Shown piece by piece: positions 49,643-60,754 of a stretch of 64,000 nucleotides of DNA. Positions within the stretch are counted from its first letter, which is position 1; the number at the start of each line of letters is the position of its first letter. This DNA comes from Escherichia fergusonii ATCC 35469 (GTDB lineage Bacteria > Pseudomonadota > Gammaproteobacteria > Enterobacterales > Enterobacteriaceae): the NCBI RefSeq assembly GCF_000026225.1, contig NC_011740.1:4161576-4225575 (forward strand), given 5' to 3'. A program made the position numbers and the translations under genes. The notes under the pieces were generated by a model. That model was not told the origin of the DNA. It did no database searches and was given only the letters and a program-made list of their open reading frames with translations.

Positions 49643-49987
49643 ATGATACGAAAATCAAAAGAGATGGCCCGGACACCGGAGATCATTAACGACCTGGCTT
49701 TTCATGCATCGCAAGTTCTGATTGAAAGCATCAATCTCGACAGTTCATCGGCAGAAAATGTGGGCTTTGCCATTGCCGACCGAATGATGCGTAACTGGGG
49801 CGGACAAAGCATTTATTTCCCTAAGGGGATCTCCGGACGAGCATCGGAGCGTGACTACCAAATCTATAGCGAGTGCGATGGGCGCAACTACGCCGAATTA
49901 GCGAAGAAATATAATCTGACGCTGCAATGGATTTATAAGATTGTGAAGCGGGTGCACGCAGAAAAACAGCAGCAACGTCGGATGTAA
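49643..49987 (+). CDS. Mor/C-family (Mu middle/late operon) transcriptional activator
   Basis: 114 aa with C-terminal HTH NYAELAKKYNLTLQWIYKIVKRV. Mor family by recall. SD GGAGA. Confidence 0.65.
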   Translation: MIRKSKEMARTPEIINDLAFHASQVLIESINLDSSSAENVGFAIADRMMRNWGGQSIYFPKGISGRASERDYQIYSECDGRNYAELAKKYNLTLQWIYKIVKRVHAEKQQQRRM

Positions 49988-50038
49988 ATCGTCAGCATAA
50001 ATGAGTCATTTAAAGGCTAATATCAGAAGTGGCTTGTC

Positions 50039-50134
50039 ATGGTGTAAGCGCTATAAGATAGCGCTTACACCAGCAAGACGATTTACGCCGCCGTGATATT
50101 GGGTTTAGATAATACGCCGGGTGTAATTCCCGGC
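50039..50134. terminator. Two stem-loops between the convergent Mor and zeta-like genes
   Basis: GGTGTAAGCGCTATAAGATAGCGCTTACACC and ACGCCGGGTGTAATTCCCGGCGT followed by TATTT. Confidence 0.65.
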
Positions 50135-50158
50135 GTTATTTCACGCCATCAGCCCTTA

Positions 50159-51088
50159 TTATTCTTGTGAATTCCCGCTGATTTCATTCTGGATAAGCGT
50201 CGCAATATTGTCATTCGATGCCGCTTGTGAACTAAATATCATCTTCTCACGCGCATACACCGCAAACTTATCTGCCAGATTCGAAGCAAACACCTTACTG
50301 GCATTCTCTGTCAGCAAATCGGTGACGATATCATGGTGATTTTTATCCACTTTTCGGGCGATATTTCCCGCCTCTTTGTCCTTATTATACCGTTCATTGG
50401 TGCTTTCCCAGCTTACCGTCGCTGAGGTGGTTTTTATCATGACGTTTGTTTGGTAGCCTGCATCTTTGAGTTTTTTTAATGTTTGTAGCGGCGTAGCGGC
50501 ATTACGAAATGTTCCTTCGACAACAATGTTGAGTTTACCGACTATCGCTCTCTCAATTGCTCGTTCGACCGTTTCGCCGGAAAATTTCGCCGTATGGGTA
50601 ACAAAATCATCCCCATAAGTTTGGTAGATATAATTAAAATCAGGGTGTAGAAACCGGAAATCATCACCGTTAATAATCATTATATTATTCTTTGTTTCCC
50701 TTTTTGCTAATTCAATCAGCGATGATTTACCCGCTCCGGGTTGCCCACCTAAAACAAAACCAATGGGATGCTGTTGCGGTGTGACTTCATGATTTGTCAG
50801 ACGCTGCCAAATAGAATCAAAAGATACTTTATTTTCTGAATGTGCAGTATTATTGAATTCACGCTGATATTGAGTTCTTACCTGCTGAAGGTGACTCTTT
50901 CCCTGTGTAAAATCAACAAATTCAGCTGGAGTGGAATAAAGATAATCGCGATAGCCGACTAATCGTGTGAGATCATCGACTGAATCCTGACATGACGAAA
51001 TGGAGCGATTATCAACGATATTTGATAAAAACGCGATGCACTGACTGGCTCCGTTTAAAAGAGCATCTTTTTCCATTAATGTAGCCAT
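50159..51088 (-). CDS. Zeta-toxin-family P-loop kinase with a ~110-aa N-terminal extension; no adjacent antitoxin ORF
   Basis: Walker A GGQPGAGKS in a zeta/PezT-like context. ATG start chosen at MATLMEKD with SD GGAGTG; the track ORF starts at a GTG two codons upstream (51094). Confidence 0.6.
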   Translation of the reverse strand: MATLMEKDALLNGASQCIAFLSNIVDNRSISSCQDSVDDLTRLVGYRDYLYSTPAEFVDFTQGKSHLQQVRTQYQREFNNTAHSENKVSFDSIWQRLTNHEVTPQQHPIGFVLGGQPGAGKSSLIELAKRETKNNIMIINGDDFRFLHPDFNYIYQTYGDDFVTHTAKFSGETVERAIERAIVGKLNIVVEGTFRNAATPLQTLKKLKDAGYQTNVMIKTTSATVSWESTNERYNKDKEAGNIARKVDKNHHDIVTDLLTENASKVFASNLADKFAVYAREKMIFSSQAASNDNIATLIQNEISGNSQE

Positions 51089-51232
51089 TAACACTCCTGT
51101 TAAATGATATTTTTCGGTGATTATAATACTGTTCTACAGGAGTGATTTTATTTTTCAGATATTATTTGATCTATGTTTTCAGTGAGGATGGCGTATAACA
51201 ATTGGTGAGCGTTATACGCCAGTAGGAAAATA

Positions 51233-52582
51233 TTACTCAAACAAATTAAAATGCAGCTTCTGCACAACTTTCTCGGCATCTTCGCCTGGCACCAGGAAGC
51301 ACAGGTTATGGCTGGAAGCACCATAGCAAATCATGCGAATATTAAACGGTTCCAGCACGCCAAAGACCTCTTTGCCAACGCCGCAGGCTTTTGACAGGTC
51401 ATTACCAATCAATGCCACCAGCGCCAGACCTTCTTCCACTTCTACCCGGCACAGTGCAGACAGCTCCATCAACAGGGATTGTGTTAACAGGGTATCTCCC
51501 GTTGACGTCGAACCCGTAGTGTCGAGAGTCAATGCGATACTAACTTCAGAGGTCGTGATCAAATCAACCGAAATATTATGCCGTGCGAGAATGCCAAAAA
51601 CTTCTGCAAGAAACCCGCGAGAATGCAGCATATTCAGGCTGTGCAAAGTGAGCAGAGTCTGATTGCGACGAAGCGCCAGCGCACGGAACAATGGCGGGTC
51701 TTCGGTTTTATTACACACCAGAGTGCCACCAGCACGAGGATCTTTGCTGGAACCGACAAACACCGGGATATCGCTGCGCACTGCAGGCAGTAACGTTGCC
51801 GGATGAAGTACTTTGGCACCAAAGGTTGCCATCTCAGCCGCTTCTTCAAAGGCGATTTCATCAATTCGTTTAGCATCAGGCACAACGCGCGGATCAGTAG
51901 TATAAATTCCCGGAACATCTGTCCAGATATCGACACGAGCAGCGTGTAATGCTTCTGCCAACAGTGCTGCGGTGTAGTCACTACCGCCGCGACCAAGTGT
52001 TGTAGTGCGCCCTTTACTTTCACTACCAATAAAGCCCTGGGTGATGACTAATCCTTCACTGAGACGTGGGGTCAATTGCAGCGCAGACAGTTCCGCCAGC
52101 GCAGCAATATCTGGTTCTGCGCGGCCAAAACGATCATTAGTACGCATCACTTTACGCACATCGAACCACTGAGCCTGAACATTGCGTTCACGCAGAATCT
52201 CCACAAACAGCAGGGTAGACATCAGTTCGCCGTGGCTGACCAGTTCATCTGTTAATGCCGGAGAAGTTGCCAGCGCAGCTGCTTCCGCCAGCACCGTAAT
52301 ATTCTCCATCAGCCGTTCAATCTCATCACGGATGACATTAGGGTAGCGCAGACGTTCTACAATTGAGAACTGAATATTGCGAATAGCATCGAGTTTTTCG
52401 AAACGTTCAGTAGGTTCCAGACCTTCAGCCAGTGCCACCAACAGATTAGTGATCCCGGCGGAAGCTGAGAGGACGACTAAACGTACATTGGTATCAGAAA
52501 GCACAATGTCAGCACTGCGATTCATGGCGTCAAAATCAGCAACGCTGGTACCACCAAATTTAGAGACAACAATATCGGGCAT
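51233..52582 (-). CDS. lysC: Lysine-sensitive aspartokinase III
   Basis: 449 aa, MPDIVVSKFGGTSVADFDAM..., ACT domains C-terminal. Matches LysC by recall. Confidence 0.92.
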   Translation of the reverse strand: MPDIVVSKFGGTSVADFDAMNRSADIVLSDTNVRLVVLSASAGITNLLVALAEGLEPTERFEKLDAIRNIQFSIVERLRYPNVIRDEIERLMENITVLAEAAALATSPALTDELVSHGELMSTLLFVEILRERNVQAQWFDVRKVMRTNDRFGRAEPDIAALAELSALQLTPRLSEGLVITQGFIGSESKGRTTTLGRGGSDYTAALLAEALHAARVDIWTDVPGIYTTDPRVVPDAKRIDEIAFEEAAEMATFGAKVLHPATLLPAVRSDIPVFVGSSKDPRAGGTLVCNKTEDPPLFRALALRRNQTLLTLHSLNMLHSRGFLAEVFGILARHNISVDLITTSEVSIALTLDTTGSTSTGDTLLTQSLLMELSALCRVEVEEGLALVALIGNDLSKACGVGKEVFGVLEPFNIRMICYGASSHNLCFLVPGEDAEKVVQKLHFNLFE

Positions 52583-52870
52583 AACTACCTCGTGTCAGGG
52601 AGTGAAAGAAGCGACCATGGCACAAAGGCAGAACTGAAACCGGTGCAGGCGCAAACCGTATTTATAAATAAAAGGTGCGGGGGAGGCTGTCAACGCTGGG
52701 ATTATGCGGATTTTTCATGCAGCGGGGATGCTCAGAAACTGTGCTTATAACAGCTATACTTTTTATCCTCTTTCGCAGTTCGCCGAGCTAACGGCACTAA
52801 AACCATCACATTTTTCTGTGACTGGCGCTACAATCGTCCACAGTCACAATTCTCAAATCAGAAGAGTATT
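52583..52870 (-). promoter_or_regulatory. lysC promoter and long 5' leader; expected site of the lysine riboswitch (L-box)
   Basis: About 290-nt untranslated leader between the divergent lysC and pgi. The riboswitch is assigned from established knowledge of lysC, not from a motif match. Confidence 0.45.
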
Positions 52871-52874
52871 GCTA

Positions 52875-54524
52875 ATGAAAAATATCAATCCAACGCAGAC
52901 CGCGGCCTGGCAGGCACTACAGAAACACTTCGATGAAATGAAAGACGTTACGATCGCCGATCTTTTTGCTAAAGACGGCGATCGTTTTTCTAAGTTCTCC
53001 GCAACCTTCGACGATCAGATGCTGGTGGATTACTCCAAAAACCGCATCACTGAAGAGACGCTGGCGAAATTACAAGATCTGGCGAAAGAGTGCGATCTGG
53101 CGAGTGCGATTAAGTCGATGTTCTCTGGCGAGAAGATCAACCGCACCGAAAACCGCGCTGTTCTGCACGTAGCGCTGCGTAACCGTAGCAATACCCCGAT
53201 TCTGGTTGATGGCAAAGATGTTATGCCGGAAGTCAACGCGGTGCTGGAGAAGATGAAAACCTTCTCGGAAGCGATTATTTCTGGTGAGTGGAAAGGCTAT
53301 ACCGGCAAAGCAATCACTGACGTAGTGAACATCGGGATCGGCGGTTCTGACCTCGGCCCATACATGGTGACTGAAGCACTGCGTCCGTACAAAAATCACC
53401 TGAACATGCACTTTGTTTCTAACGTCGATGGGACTCACATCGCGGAAGTGCTGAAAAAAGTGAACCCGGAAACCACGCTGTTCCTGGTAGCATCTAAAAC
53501 CTTCACCACTCAGGAAACCATGACCAACGCCCATAGCGCGCGTGACTGGTTCCTGAAAGCGGCAGGTGATGAAAAACACGTTGCGAAACACTTTGCGGCG
53601 CTCTCCACCAATGCCACAGCCGTTGGCGAGTTTGGTATTGATACCGCCAACATGTTCGAGTTCTGGGACTGGGTCGGCGGCCGTTACTCTTTGTGGTCAG
53701 CGATTGGCCTGTCGATTGTTCTCTCCATCGGCTTTGATAACTTCGTTGAACTGCTTTCTGGTGCACACGCGATGGACAAGCATTTCTCCACCACGCCTGC
53801 AGAGAAAAACCTGCCTGTACTGCTGGCGCTGATTGGCATCTGGTACAACAATTTCTTTGGCGCGGAAACTGAAGCGATTCTGCCGTATGACCAGTATATG
53901 CACCGTTTTGCGGCGTACTTCCAGCAGGGCAATATGGAGTCCAACGGTAAGTATGTTGACCGTAACGGTAACGTTGTGGATTACCAGACTGGCCCGATTA
54001 TCTGGGGTGAACCTGGCACGAACGGTCAGCACGCGTTCTACCAGCTGATCCACCAGGGTACGAAGATGGTGCCGTGCGATTTCATCGCCCCGGCTATCAC
54101 CCATAACCCGCTCTCTGATCATCACCAGAAACTGCTGTCTAACTTCTTCGCTCAGACCGAAGCGCTGGCGTTTGGTAAATCCCGCGAAGTGGTTGAGCAG
54201 GAATATCGCGATCAGGGTAAAGATCCGGCAACCCTGGACTATGTGGTGCCGTTCAAAGTGTTCGAAGGTAACCGCCCGACCAACTCTATCCTGCTGCGCG
54301 AAATCACTCCGTTCAGCCTGGGTGCGTTGATTGCGCTGTATGAGCACAAAATCTTTACTCAGGGCGTGATCCTGAACATCTTCACCTTCGACCAGTGGGG
54401 CGTGGAGCTGGGTAAACAGCTGGCGAACCGTATTCTGCCAGAGCTGAAAGATGACAAAGAAATCAGCAGCCACGATAGCTCAACCAATGGTCTGATTAAC
54501 CGCTATAAAGCGTGGCGCGGTTAA
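52875..54524 (+). CDS. pgi: Glucose-6-phosphate isomerase
   Basis: 549 aa from [19 protein letters not shown] (the track ORF starts upstream in the leader). PGI signatures present. Confidence 0.92.
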   Translation: MKNINPTQTAAWQALQKHFDEMKDVTIADLFAKDGDRFSKFSATFDDQMLVDYSKNRITEETLAKLQDLAKECDLASAIKSMFSGEKINRTENRAVLHVALRNRSNTPILVDGKDVMPEVNAVLEKMKTFSEAIISGEWKGYTGKAITDVVNIGIGGSDLGPYMVTEALRPYKNHLNMHFVSNVDGTHIAEVLKKVNPETTLFLVASKTFTTQETMTNAHSARDWFLKAAGDEKHVAKHFAALSTNATAVGEFGIDTANMFEFWDWVGGRYSLWSAIGLSIVLSIGFDNFVELLSGAHAMDKHFSTTPAEKNLPVLLALIGIWYNNFFGAETEAILPYDQYMHRFAAYFQQGNMESNGKYVDRNGNVVDYQTGPIIWGEPGTNGQHAFYQLIHQGTKMVPCDFIAPAITHNPLSDHHQKLLSNFFAQTEALAFGKSREVVEQEYRDQGKDPATLDYVVPFKVFEGNRPTNSILLREITPFSLGALIALYEHKIFTQGVILNIFTFDQWGVELGKQLANRILPELKDDKEISSHDSSTNGLINRYKAWRG

Positions 54525-54539
54525 TTAAATAACCTTAAT

Positions 54540-54572
54540 AACAATGCCGACTATAAGTCGGCATTGTTTTAT
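54540..54572 (+). terminator. Rho-independent terminator after pgi
   Basis: AACAATGCCGACTATAAGTCGGCATTGTT followed by TTAT. Confidence 0.75.
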
Positions 54573-54878
54573 CAGATAAATCCCCTTGTCTGTGATTTAA
54601 CAGAAATCATACCGTGAGGTTAATCCTAAAATAGATTTTTAATTGCGGTTGATTTCGGAAAATACGCAGGTTCATTCCTTTTTGTTTTATTTTAAGTTTA
54701 TGATTTTCAATGTTATTTATATATAAGGTGAAACTTATATTTGATAATCATTCCAATTATCTTAAAACCCCATCACTAATTACCCGCACCGTAATTCGCA
54801 TGCTTTAGTTGTGTATACTCGATCCCGCCCGAAATGTTTTTGGGTAAATCTCCATTCATTCAATGAAGGGAAATTGTT

Positions 54879-55121
54879 ATGAAAAAAGTTCTGTATGGCA
54901 TTTTTGCCATATCTGCGCTTGCGGCGACTTCTGCGTGGGCTGCACCTGTACAGGTGGGCGAAGCGGCAGGGTCGGCAGCAACGTCGGTTTCGGCGGGTAG
55001 TTCCTCCGCGACCAGCGTCAGCACCGTAAGCTCGGCGGTAGGTGTCGCGCTCGCGGCAACCGGTGGCGGTGATGGTTCTAATACCGGGACCACAACAACC
55101 ACGACCACCAGTACCCAGTAA
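54879..55121 (+). CDS. yjbE: Small secreted Ser/Thr/Ala-rich protein
   Basis: 80 aa with a signal peptide and low complexity. First gene of the yjbEFGH operon. Confidence 0.75.
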
Positions 55122-55235
55122 TAAAGTATGTATCCCCAAAATAATTTGAGTCATCGCATCTGTGGCTTGAAGTATGACGGGGATTAACCATAACCACACT
55201 CCGGTGTGGTTATTCTGCCCCTCTGGAGAAGAGTC

Positions 55236-55874
55236 GTGAAGCGACCTGCACTCATTCTTATCTGCCTGCTATTACAGGCCTGTTCAGCCACGACTCAAGA
55301 GCTGGGCAATTCACTGTGGGACAGTCTGTTCGGTACGCCAGGCGTACAGCTGACGGACGATGATATTCAAAATATGCCCTACGCCAGCCAGTACATGCAG
55401 CTTAATGGCGGGCCGCAGTTGTTTGTGGTGCTGGCCTTCGCTGAAGACGGACAACAAAAATGGGTCACTCAGGATCAGGCCACTCTCGTCACACAACATG
55501 GTCGTCTGGTGAAGACTTTGCTTGGCGGCGACAACCTGATTGAAGTGAATAACCTTGCCGCCGACCCGCTGATTAAACCCGCACAAATTGTTGATGGCGC
55601 AACATGGACGCGCACGATGGGCTGGACCGAGTACCAGCAGGTACGCTACGCCACCGCGCGCTCAGTCTTCAAATGGAATGGCACCGATACCGTCAAAGTC
55701 GGCAGCGATGAAACCCCGGTTCGCGTGCTGGACGAAGAAGTCTCCACCGACCAGGCGCGCTGGCATAACCGCTATTGGATCGACAGCGAAGGGCAAATTC
55801 GCCAGTCGGAACAGTATCTCGGCGCGGATTATTTCCCGGTGAAAACCACTCTCATCAAGGCGGCAAAACAATGA
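55236..55874 (+). CDS. yjbF: Lipoprotein YjbF
   Basis: 212 aa from a GTG start (VKRPALILICLLLQAC lipobox). Confidence 0.75.
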   Translation: MKRPALILICLLLQACSATTQELGNSLWDSLFGTPGVQLTDDDIQNMPYASQYMQLNGGPQLFVVLAFAEDGQQKWVTQDQATLVTQHGRLVKTLLGGDNLIEVNNLAADPLIKPAQIVDGATWTRTMGWTEYQQVRYATARSVFKWNGTDTVKVGSDETPVRVLDEEVSTDQARWHNRYWIDSEGQIRQSEQYLGADYFPVKTTLIKAAKQ

Positions 55875-56608
55875 TTAAACAAACTATTGCTGCGTTGATT
55901 ATGAGCGTGGGAGCGTCATCGGTCTTTGCGGCAGGAACCGTCAAAGTGTTCAGCAATGGCAGCAATGAGGCCAAAACGCTAACGGGCGCAGAGCATTTAA
56001 TCGATCTGGTAGGCCAACCGCGGCTCGCAAACAGTTGGTGGCCCGGAGCGGTGATTAGCGAAGAGCTGGCAACGGCGGCGGCATTACGGCAGCAGCAGGC
56101 GTTGCTGACAAGGCTGGCAGAACTGGCGGCAGACTCCAGTGCTGACGATGCTGCCGCCATTAACGCCTTACGCCAGCAAATTCAGGCGTTGAAGGTGACG
56201 GGCAGACAAAAAATCAATCTTGATCCTGATATCGTGCGCGTTGCCGAACGCGGTAACCCGCCGTTGCAGGGCAACTACACGCTGTGGGTCGGACCACCGC
56301 CGTCCACGGTCACGTTGTTTGGGCTTATCAGCCGTCCTGGCAAGCAGCCATTCACTCCCGGTCGCGACGTGGCGAGCTATCTCTCCGGGCAAAGTCTGCT
56401 TAGTGGTGCGGATCGCAGCTACGCGTGGGTGGTTTACCCGGATGGACGCACGCAAAAAGCGCCGGTGGCTTACTGGAACAAGCGTCACGTAGAGCCGATG
56501 CCCGGCAGCATTATTTATGTTGGCCTCGCGGACTCCGTCTGGAGTGAGACGCCTGATGCCCTTAACGCTGACATTCTTCAGACTCTGACGCAGCGGATAC
56601 CGCAATAA
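55871..56608 (+). CDS. yjbG: Periplasmic protein YjbG
   Basis: 245 aa from [20 protein letters not shown] (signal peptide). ATGA overlap with yjbF. Confidence 0.75.
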   Translation: MIKQTIAALIMSVGASSVFAAGTVKVFSNGSNEAKTLTGAEHLIDLVGQPRLANSWWPGAVISEELATAAALRQQQALLTRLAELAADSSADDAAAINALRQQIQALKVTGRQKINLDPDIVRVAERGNPPLQGNYTLWVGPPPSTVTLFGLISRPGKQPFTPGRDVASYLSGQSLLSGADRSYAWVVYPDGRTQKAPVAYWNKRHVEPMPGSIIYVGLADSVWSETPDALNADILQTLTQRIPQ

Positions 56609-58704
56609 TGAAAAAAAGACATCTGCTTAGTTTACTGGCGCTGGGCATTAGCACGGCTTGCTATGGCGAAACATATCCTGCGCCCATTGGTCCGTCGCAA
56701 TCGGATTTCGGTGGTGTAGGATTATTACAAACACCTACCGCGCGCATGGCGCGGGAAGGGGAGTTGAGTCTGAACTATCGCGATAACGATCAGTACCGTT
56801 ATTACTCAGCTTCAGTGCAACTCTTCCCGTGGCTGGAAACAACGCTGCGTTATACCGACGTGCGCACTCGGCAGTACAGCAGCGTCGAAGCGTTCTCTGG
56901 TGATCAAACGTATAAAGATAAAGCCTTCGATCTCAAACTGCGTTTATGGGAAGAGAGTTACTGGCTGCCGCAGATAGCGGTTGGTGCGCGGGATATCGGC
57001 GGTACGGGGCTGTTCGATGCGGAATATCTTGTCGCCAGCAAAGCCTGGGGGCCATTCGATTTTACGCTCGGCCTGGGCTGGGGATATCTGGGCACCAGCG
57101 GTAACGTGAAAAATCCGCTCTGTTCAGCCAGTGACAAATATTGCTATCGCGATAACAGCTACAAACAAGCGGGATCTATCGACGGCAGCCAGATGTTCCA
57201 CGGTCCGGCCTCACTGTTTGGCGGCGTGGAATACCAGACGCCCTGGCAGCCGCTGCGTCTGAAACTGGAGTATGAAGGCAATAATTATCAGCAGGATTTT
57301 GCCGGGAAGCTGGAGCAAAAAAGTAAGTTTAACGTCGGGGCGATTTATCGCGTTACCGATTGGGCCGACGTTAACCTTAGCTATGAACGCGGTAACACCT
57401 TTATGTTTGGCGTCACGCTGCGTACCAACTTTAACGATCTACGCCCGTCCTACAATGATAACGCCCGTCCGCAATATCAACCGCAGCCGCAGGATGCCAT
57501 TTTGCAGCATTCGGTGGTGGCGAATCAGTTAACGCTGTTGAAATACAACGCCGGACTGGCCGATCCGCAGATCCAGACGAAAGGCGATACGCTGTACGTC
57601 ACCGGTGAGCAGGTGAAATATCGTGATTCGCGTGAAGGGATCATCCGTGCTAATCGGATCGTGATGAACGATCTGCCGGAGGGGATCAAGACGATCCGCG
57701 TTACAGAAAATCGCCTTAACATGCCGCAGGTGACGACGGAAACCGATGTAGCCAGCCTGAAAAATCATCTTGCCGGAGAGCCGTTGGGCCACGAAACGAC
57801 GCTGGCGCAAAAACGCGTCGAGCCGGTAGTTCCTGCGTCCACCGAGCAGGGCTGGTATATAGACAAATCACGCTTTGATTTCCATATCGATCCGGTGCTG
57901 AACCAGTCGGTCGGTGGCCCGGAAAACTTTTACATGTACCAGCTGGGCGTGATAGGAACGGCGGATTTGTGGCTGACGGACCATCTGCTGACCACCGGTA
58001 GTCTGTTTGCTAACCTGGCGAACAATTACGACAAGTTTAATTACACCAATCCACCGCAGGACTCGCACTTACCGCGCGTTCGTACCCATGTGCGTGAGTA
58101 TGTGCAGAATGATGTCTATGTGAATAACCTGCAAGCCAACTACTTCCAGCATCTGGGCAACGGCTTCTACGGTCAGGTCTACGGTGGTTATCTCGAAACC
58201 ATGTTTGGCGGCGTGGGGGCAGAGGTGTTGTATCGCCCGCTGGATAGCAACTGGGCGTTTGGTCTGGATGCTAACTACGTTAAACAGCGCGACTGGCGTA
58301 GCGCGAAAGATATGATGAAATTCACCGATTACAGCGTGAAAACTGGTCATTTGACCGCATACTGGACGCCATCTTTCGCTCAGGATGTATTAGTGAAAGC
58401 CAGCGTCGGGCAATATCTGGCAGGGGATAAAGGCGGCACGCTGGAAATCGCCAAACGCTTTGACAGCGGCGTGGTAGTGGGTGGGTATGCCACGATCACG
58501 AATGTTTCGAAAGAGGAGTACGGCGAAGGGGACTTCACCAAAGGCGTGTATATCTCTGTACCGTTGGATCTCTTCTCGTCTGGCCCGACTCGTAGCCGGG
58601 CGGCAATTGGCTGGACGCCGCTGACGCGCGACGGTGGTCAGCAACTTGGGCGTAAGTTCCAGTTGTATGACATGACCAGCGACCGAAGCGTCAATTTCCG
58701 CTAA
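56608..58704 (+). CDS. yjbH: Outer-membrane protein YjbH (exopolysaccharide-associated)
   Basis: 698 aa with a signal peptide and a C-terminal beta-rich region. Confidence 0.8.
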   Translation: MKKRHLLSLLALGISTACYGETYPAPIGPSQSDFGGVGLLQTPTARMAREGELSLNYRDNDQYRYYSASVQLFPWLETTLRYTDVRTRQYSSVEAFSGDQTYKDKAFDLKLRLWEESYWLPQIAVGARDIGGTGLFDAEYLVASKAWGPFDFTLGLGWGYLGTSGNVKNPLCSASDKYCYRDNSYKQAGSIDGSQMFHGPASLFGGVEYQTPWQPLRLKLEYEGNNYQQDFAGKLEQKSKFNVGAIYRVTDWADVNLSYERGNTFMFGVTLRTNFNDLRPSYNDNARPQYQPQPQDAILQHSVVANQLTLLKYNAGLADPQIQTKGDTLYVTGEQVKYRDSREGIIRANRIVMNDLPEGIKTIRVTENRLNMPQVTTETDVASLKNHLAGEPLGHETTLAQKRVEPVVPASTEQGWYIDKSRFDFHIDPVLNQSVGGPENFYMYQLGVIGTADLWLTDHLLTTGSLFANLANNYDKFNYTNPPQDSHLPRVRTHVREYVQNDVYVNNLQANYFQHLGNGFYGQVYGGYLETMFGGVGAEVLYRPLDSNWAFGLDANYVKQRDWRSAKDMMKFTDYSVKTGHLTAYWTPSFAQDVLVKASVGQYLAGDKGGTLEIAKRFDSGVVVGGYATITNVSKEEYGEGDFTKGVYISVPLDLFSSGPTRSRAAIGWTPLTRDGGQQLGRKFQLYDMTSDRSVNFR

Positions 58705-58824
58705 CAAGCAGCGCCGAATACAGGAATCGTATTCGGCGTTGAACAAAACATACACAAAAAATATAGATCTCCGTCACATTTTTGCGTTATACAGGAAGCT
58801 CGCCATTGTGAAGGAGGTACTGCT

Positions 58825-59235
58825 ATGACGTCACTCTCTCGTCCGCGCGTGGAGTTTATCTCCACCATTTTGCAGACCGTTCTCAATCTTGGCCTGTTGT
58901 GTCTCGGCCTGATTTTGGTTGTCTTCCTCGGCAAAGAAACGGTGCATCTGGCTGATGTGCTGTTCGCGCCAGAACAAACCAGCAAATATGAGCTGGTGGA
59001 AGGGCTGGTGGTTTACTTTCTCTATTTCGAATTTATCGCGCTGATTGTGAAGTACTTTCAGTCCGGTTTTCACTTTCCCTTACGTTACTTTGTCTATATC
59101 GGGATCACCGCCATTGTGCGCTTGATCATCGTCGATCATAAATCACCGCTGGATGTGTTGATCTACTCGGCAGCGATCCTGCTACTGGTGATCACCTTAT
59201 GGCTGTGTAATTCGAAACGGCTGAAGCGGGAGTAA
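58825..59235 (+). CDS. psiE: Phosphate-starvation-inducible membrane protein PsiE
   Basis: 136 aa with 4 TM segments. Matches PsiE by recall. Confidence 0.8.
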
Positions 59236-59240
59236 AAAGA

Positions 59241-59268
59241 CAGCACGCCGAACTGGCGCGGCGTGCTG
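59241..59268. terminator. Bidirectional stem-loop between psiE and xylE
   Basis: CAGCACGCCGAACTGGCGCGGCGTGCTG. Confidence 0.7.
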
Positions 59269-59278
59269 GACAGGAAGA

Positions 59279-60754
59279 TTACAGCGTAGCAGTTTGTTGT
59301 GTTTTCTTCGTTTCCGGTTCCCAGAGCGCTTCCAGCTCCTCAAGGGTTTTACCTTTAGTTTCCGGGACAAATTTCCACATAAACAGTGCCGCCAGAACGC
59401 CCATACAACCGTAAATCCAGTAGGAGAAACCGTTGTGGAAATGGGCCACCAGCCAGGAGTTTTTGTCCATCATCGGGAAGGTCCAGGAGACGAAGTAGTT
59501 CGCCAGCCACTGGGCCGCCACCGCGATTGCCAGTGCTTTACCACGAATGGCATTCGGGAAGATTTCCGACAGCAGTACCCAGCATACCGGACCCCAGGAC
59601 ATGGCAAAGGCGGCAACATAGAACAGCATCGATAGCAGCGCCACAATACCCGGTGCCTGAGTGTAAAACGCAGTACCGAGGCTAAACATACCGATTGCCA
59701 TTCCGAGCGCGCCGATAATTTGCAGTGGCTTACGACCAAATTTATCCACCGTCATAATTGCCAGAACGGTGAAGGTGAGGTTGATAACTCCGACAATAAT
59801 GGTCTGCAACAGCGCGATATCGGTGCTGGCCCCCAGCGTTTTGAACACTTCCGGCGCGTAGTACAACACCACATTGATGCCAACAAATTGCTGGAAGATG
59901 GAGAGCATAACGCCGATTACAATCACGCCCACGCCAAACATCAGCAGACGACCACCGGTTTTGCGGCCATGATCCAGGGAGTGTTTAATTTCCTGTACTG
60001 CCTGAGTTGCAAGGGTGTTGCCCATAATTTTGCGCAGGATACCTTCCGCCTGTTCCTGTTTGCCGCGCGACATCAGCCAGCGAGGACTTTCTGGAACGGT
60101 ATACAGCAGCATTAAGAACAGCAGTGCAGGGATACATTCCGAGGCGAACATATAACGCCAGCCGTCAGTATTCAGCCAGGTGGCATCGCCGGAACGGGCA
60201 ATAAAATAGTTCACGCAGTAAACTAAAAGTTGCCCGAAAATAATGGCAAACTGGTTAAAAGAGACCAGTTTCCCGCGAATATGAGCTGGAGCCAGTTCCG
60301 CAATATACATTGGCGAGAGCATTGAGGCTAAACCAACACCAATACCGCCAATAATGCGATAAATAACAAATTCCGGGACATAACCTGCCAGATAAACAGG
60401 CACTGTGTTGTCCGGGTTTATTGAGGTAAAACCAAGTTCTGGCCAGGCAGAACCTACACCAGAAATAAAAAACAGGACAGCAGCAATCTTAAGTGAATCA
60501 CGACGACCGAAGCGGTTACTGCAATAACCACCGAGGGCACCGCCGATGATGCAACCAATCAGAGCGCTGGCTACGCAAAACCCTAACAGGGAATTGGCAG
60601 CGGATTCACTTAAGTTTTGTGGAGCAACAAAGACGGTATTGAGTGACTCAACAGTACCGGAAATAACGGCGGTGTCGTAGCCAAATAATAAACCACCTAA
60701 TGTAGCGACTAAGGTAATCGAAAATATATAACTGGAATTATACTGGGTACTCAT
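59279..60754 (-). CDS. xylE: D-xylose:H+ symporter (MFS sugar porter)
   Basis: 491-aa 12-TM MFS protein with sugar-transporter signatures (GRR/PESPRW). Confidence 0.9.
   Translation of the reverse strand: MSTQYNSSYIFSITLVATLGGLLFGYDTAVISGTVESLNTVFVAPQNLSESAANSLLGFCVASALIGCIIGGALGGYCSNRFGRRDSLKIAAVLFFISGVGSAWPELGFTSINPDNTVPVYLAGYVPEFVIYRIIGGIGVGLASMLSPMYIAELAPAHIRGKLVSFNQFAIIFGQLLVYCVNYFIARSGDATWLNTDGWRYMFASECIPALLFLMLLYTVPESPRWLMSRGKQEQAEGILRKIMGNTLATQAVQEIKHSLDHGRKTGGRLLMFGVGVIVIGVMLSIFQQFVGINVVLYYAPEVFKTLGASTDIALLQTIIVGVINLTFTVLAIMTVDKFGRKPLQIIGALGMAIGMFSLGTAFYTQAPGIVALLSMLFYVAAFAMSWGPVCWVLLSEIFPNAIRGKALAIAVAAQWLANYFVSWTFPMMDKNSWLVAHFHNGFSYWIYGCMGVLAALFMWKFVPETKGKTLEELEALWEPETKKTQQTATL

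Larger units (their letters stand above)
33391..49987 (-). mobile_element. Phage-tail-like (tailocin / defective Mu-like myovirus tail) gene cluster with lysis cassette and Mor-type activator; no head, terminase, replication or integrase genes
   Basis: Contiguous co-oriented genes in Mu-like order (holin, SLT, spanin, neck, sheath, tube, chaperone, TMP, U, X, D, V, W, J, I, fiber, Tfa). Divergent Mor plus a LexA box. Confidence 0.7.

Noticed and set aside
51190-51220. Inverted repeat GGCGTATAAC...GTTATACGCC just downstream of lysC
   Set aside because: A clear stem, but no adjacent U-run on either strand. I did not call it an intrinsic terminator.
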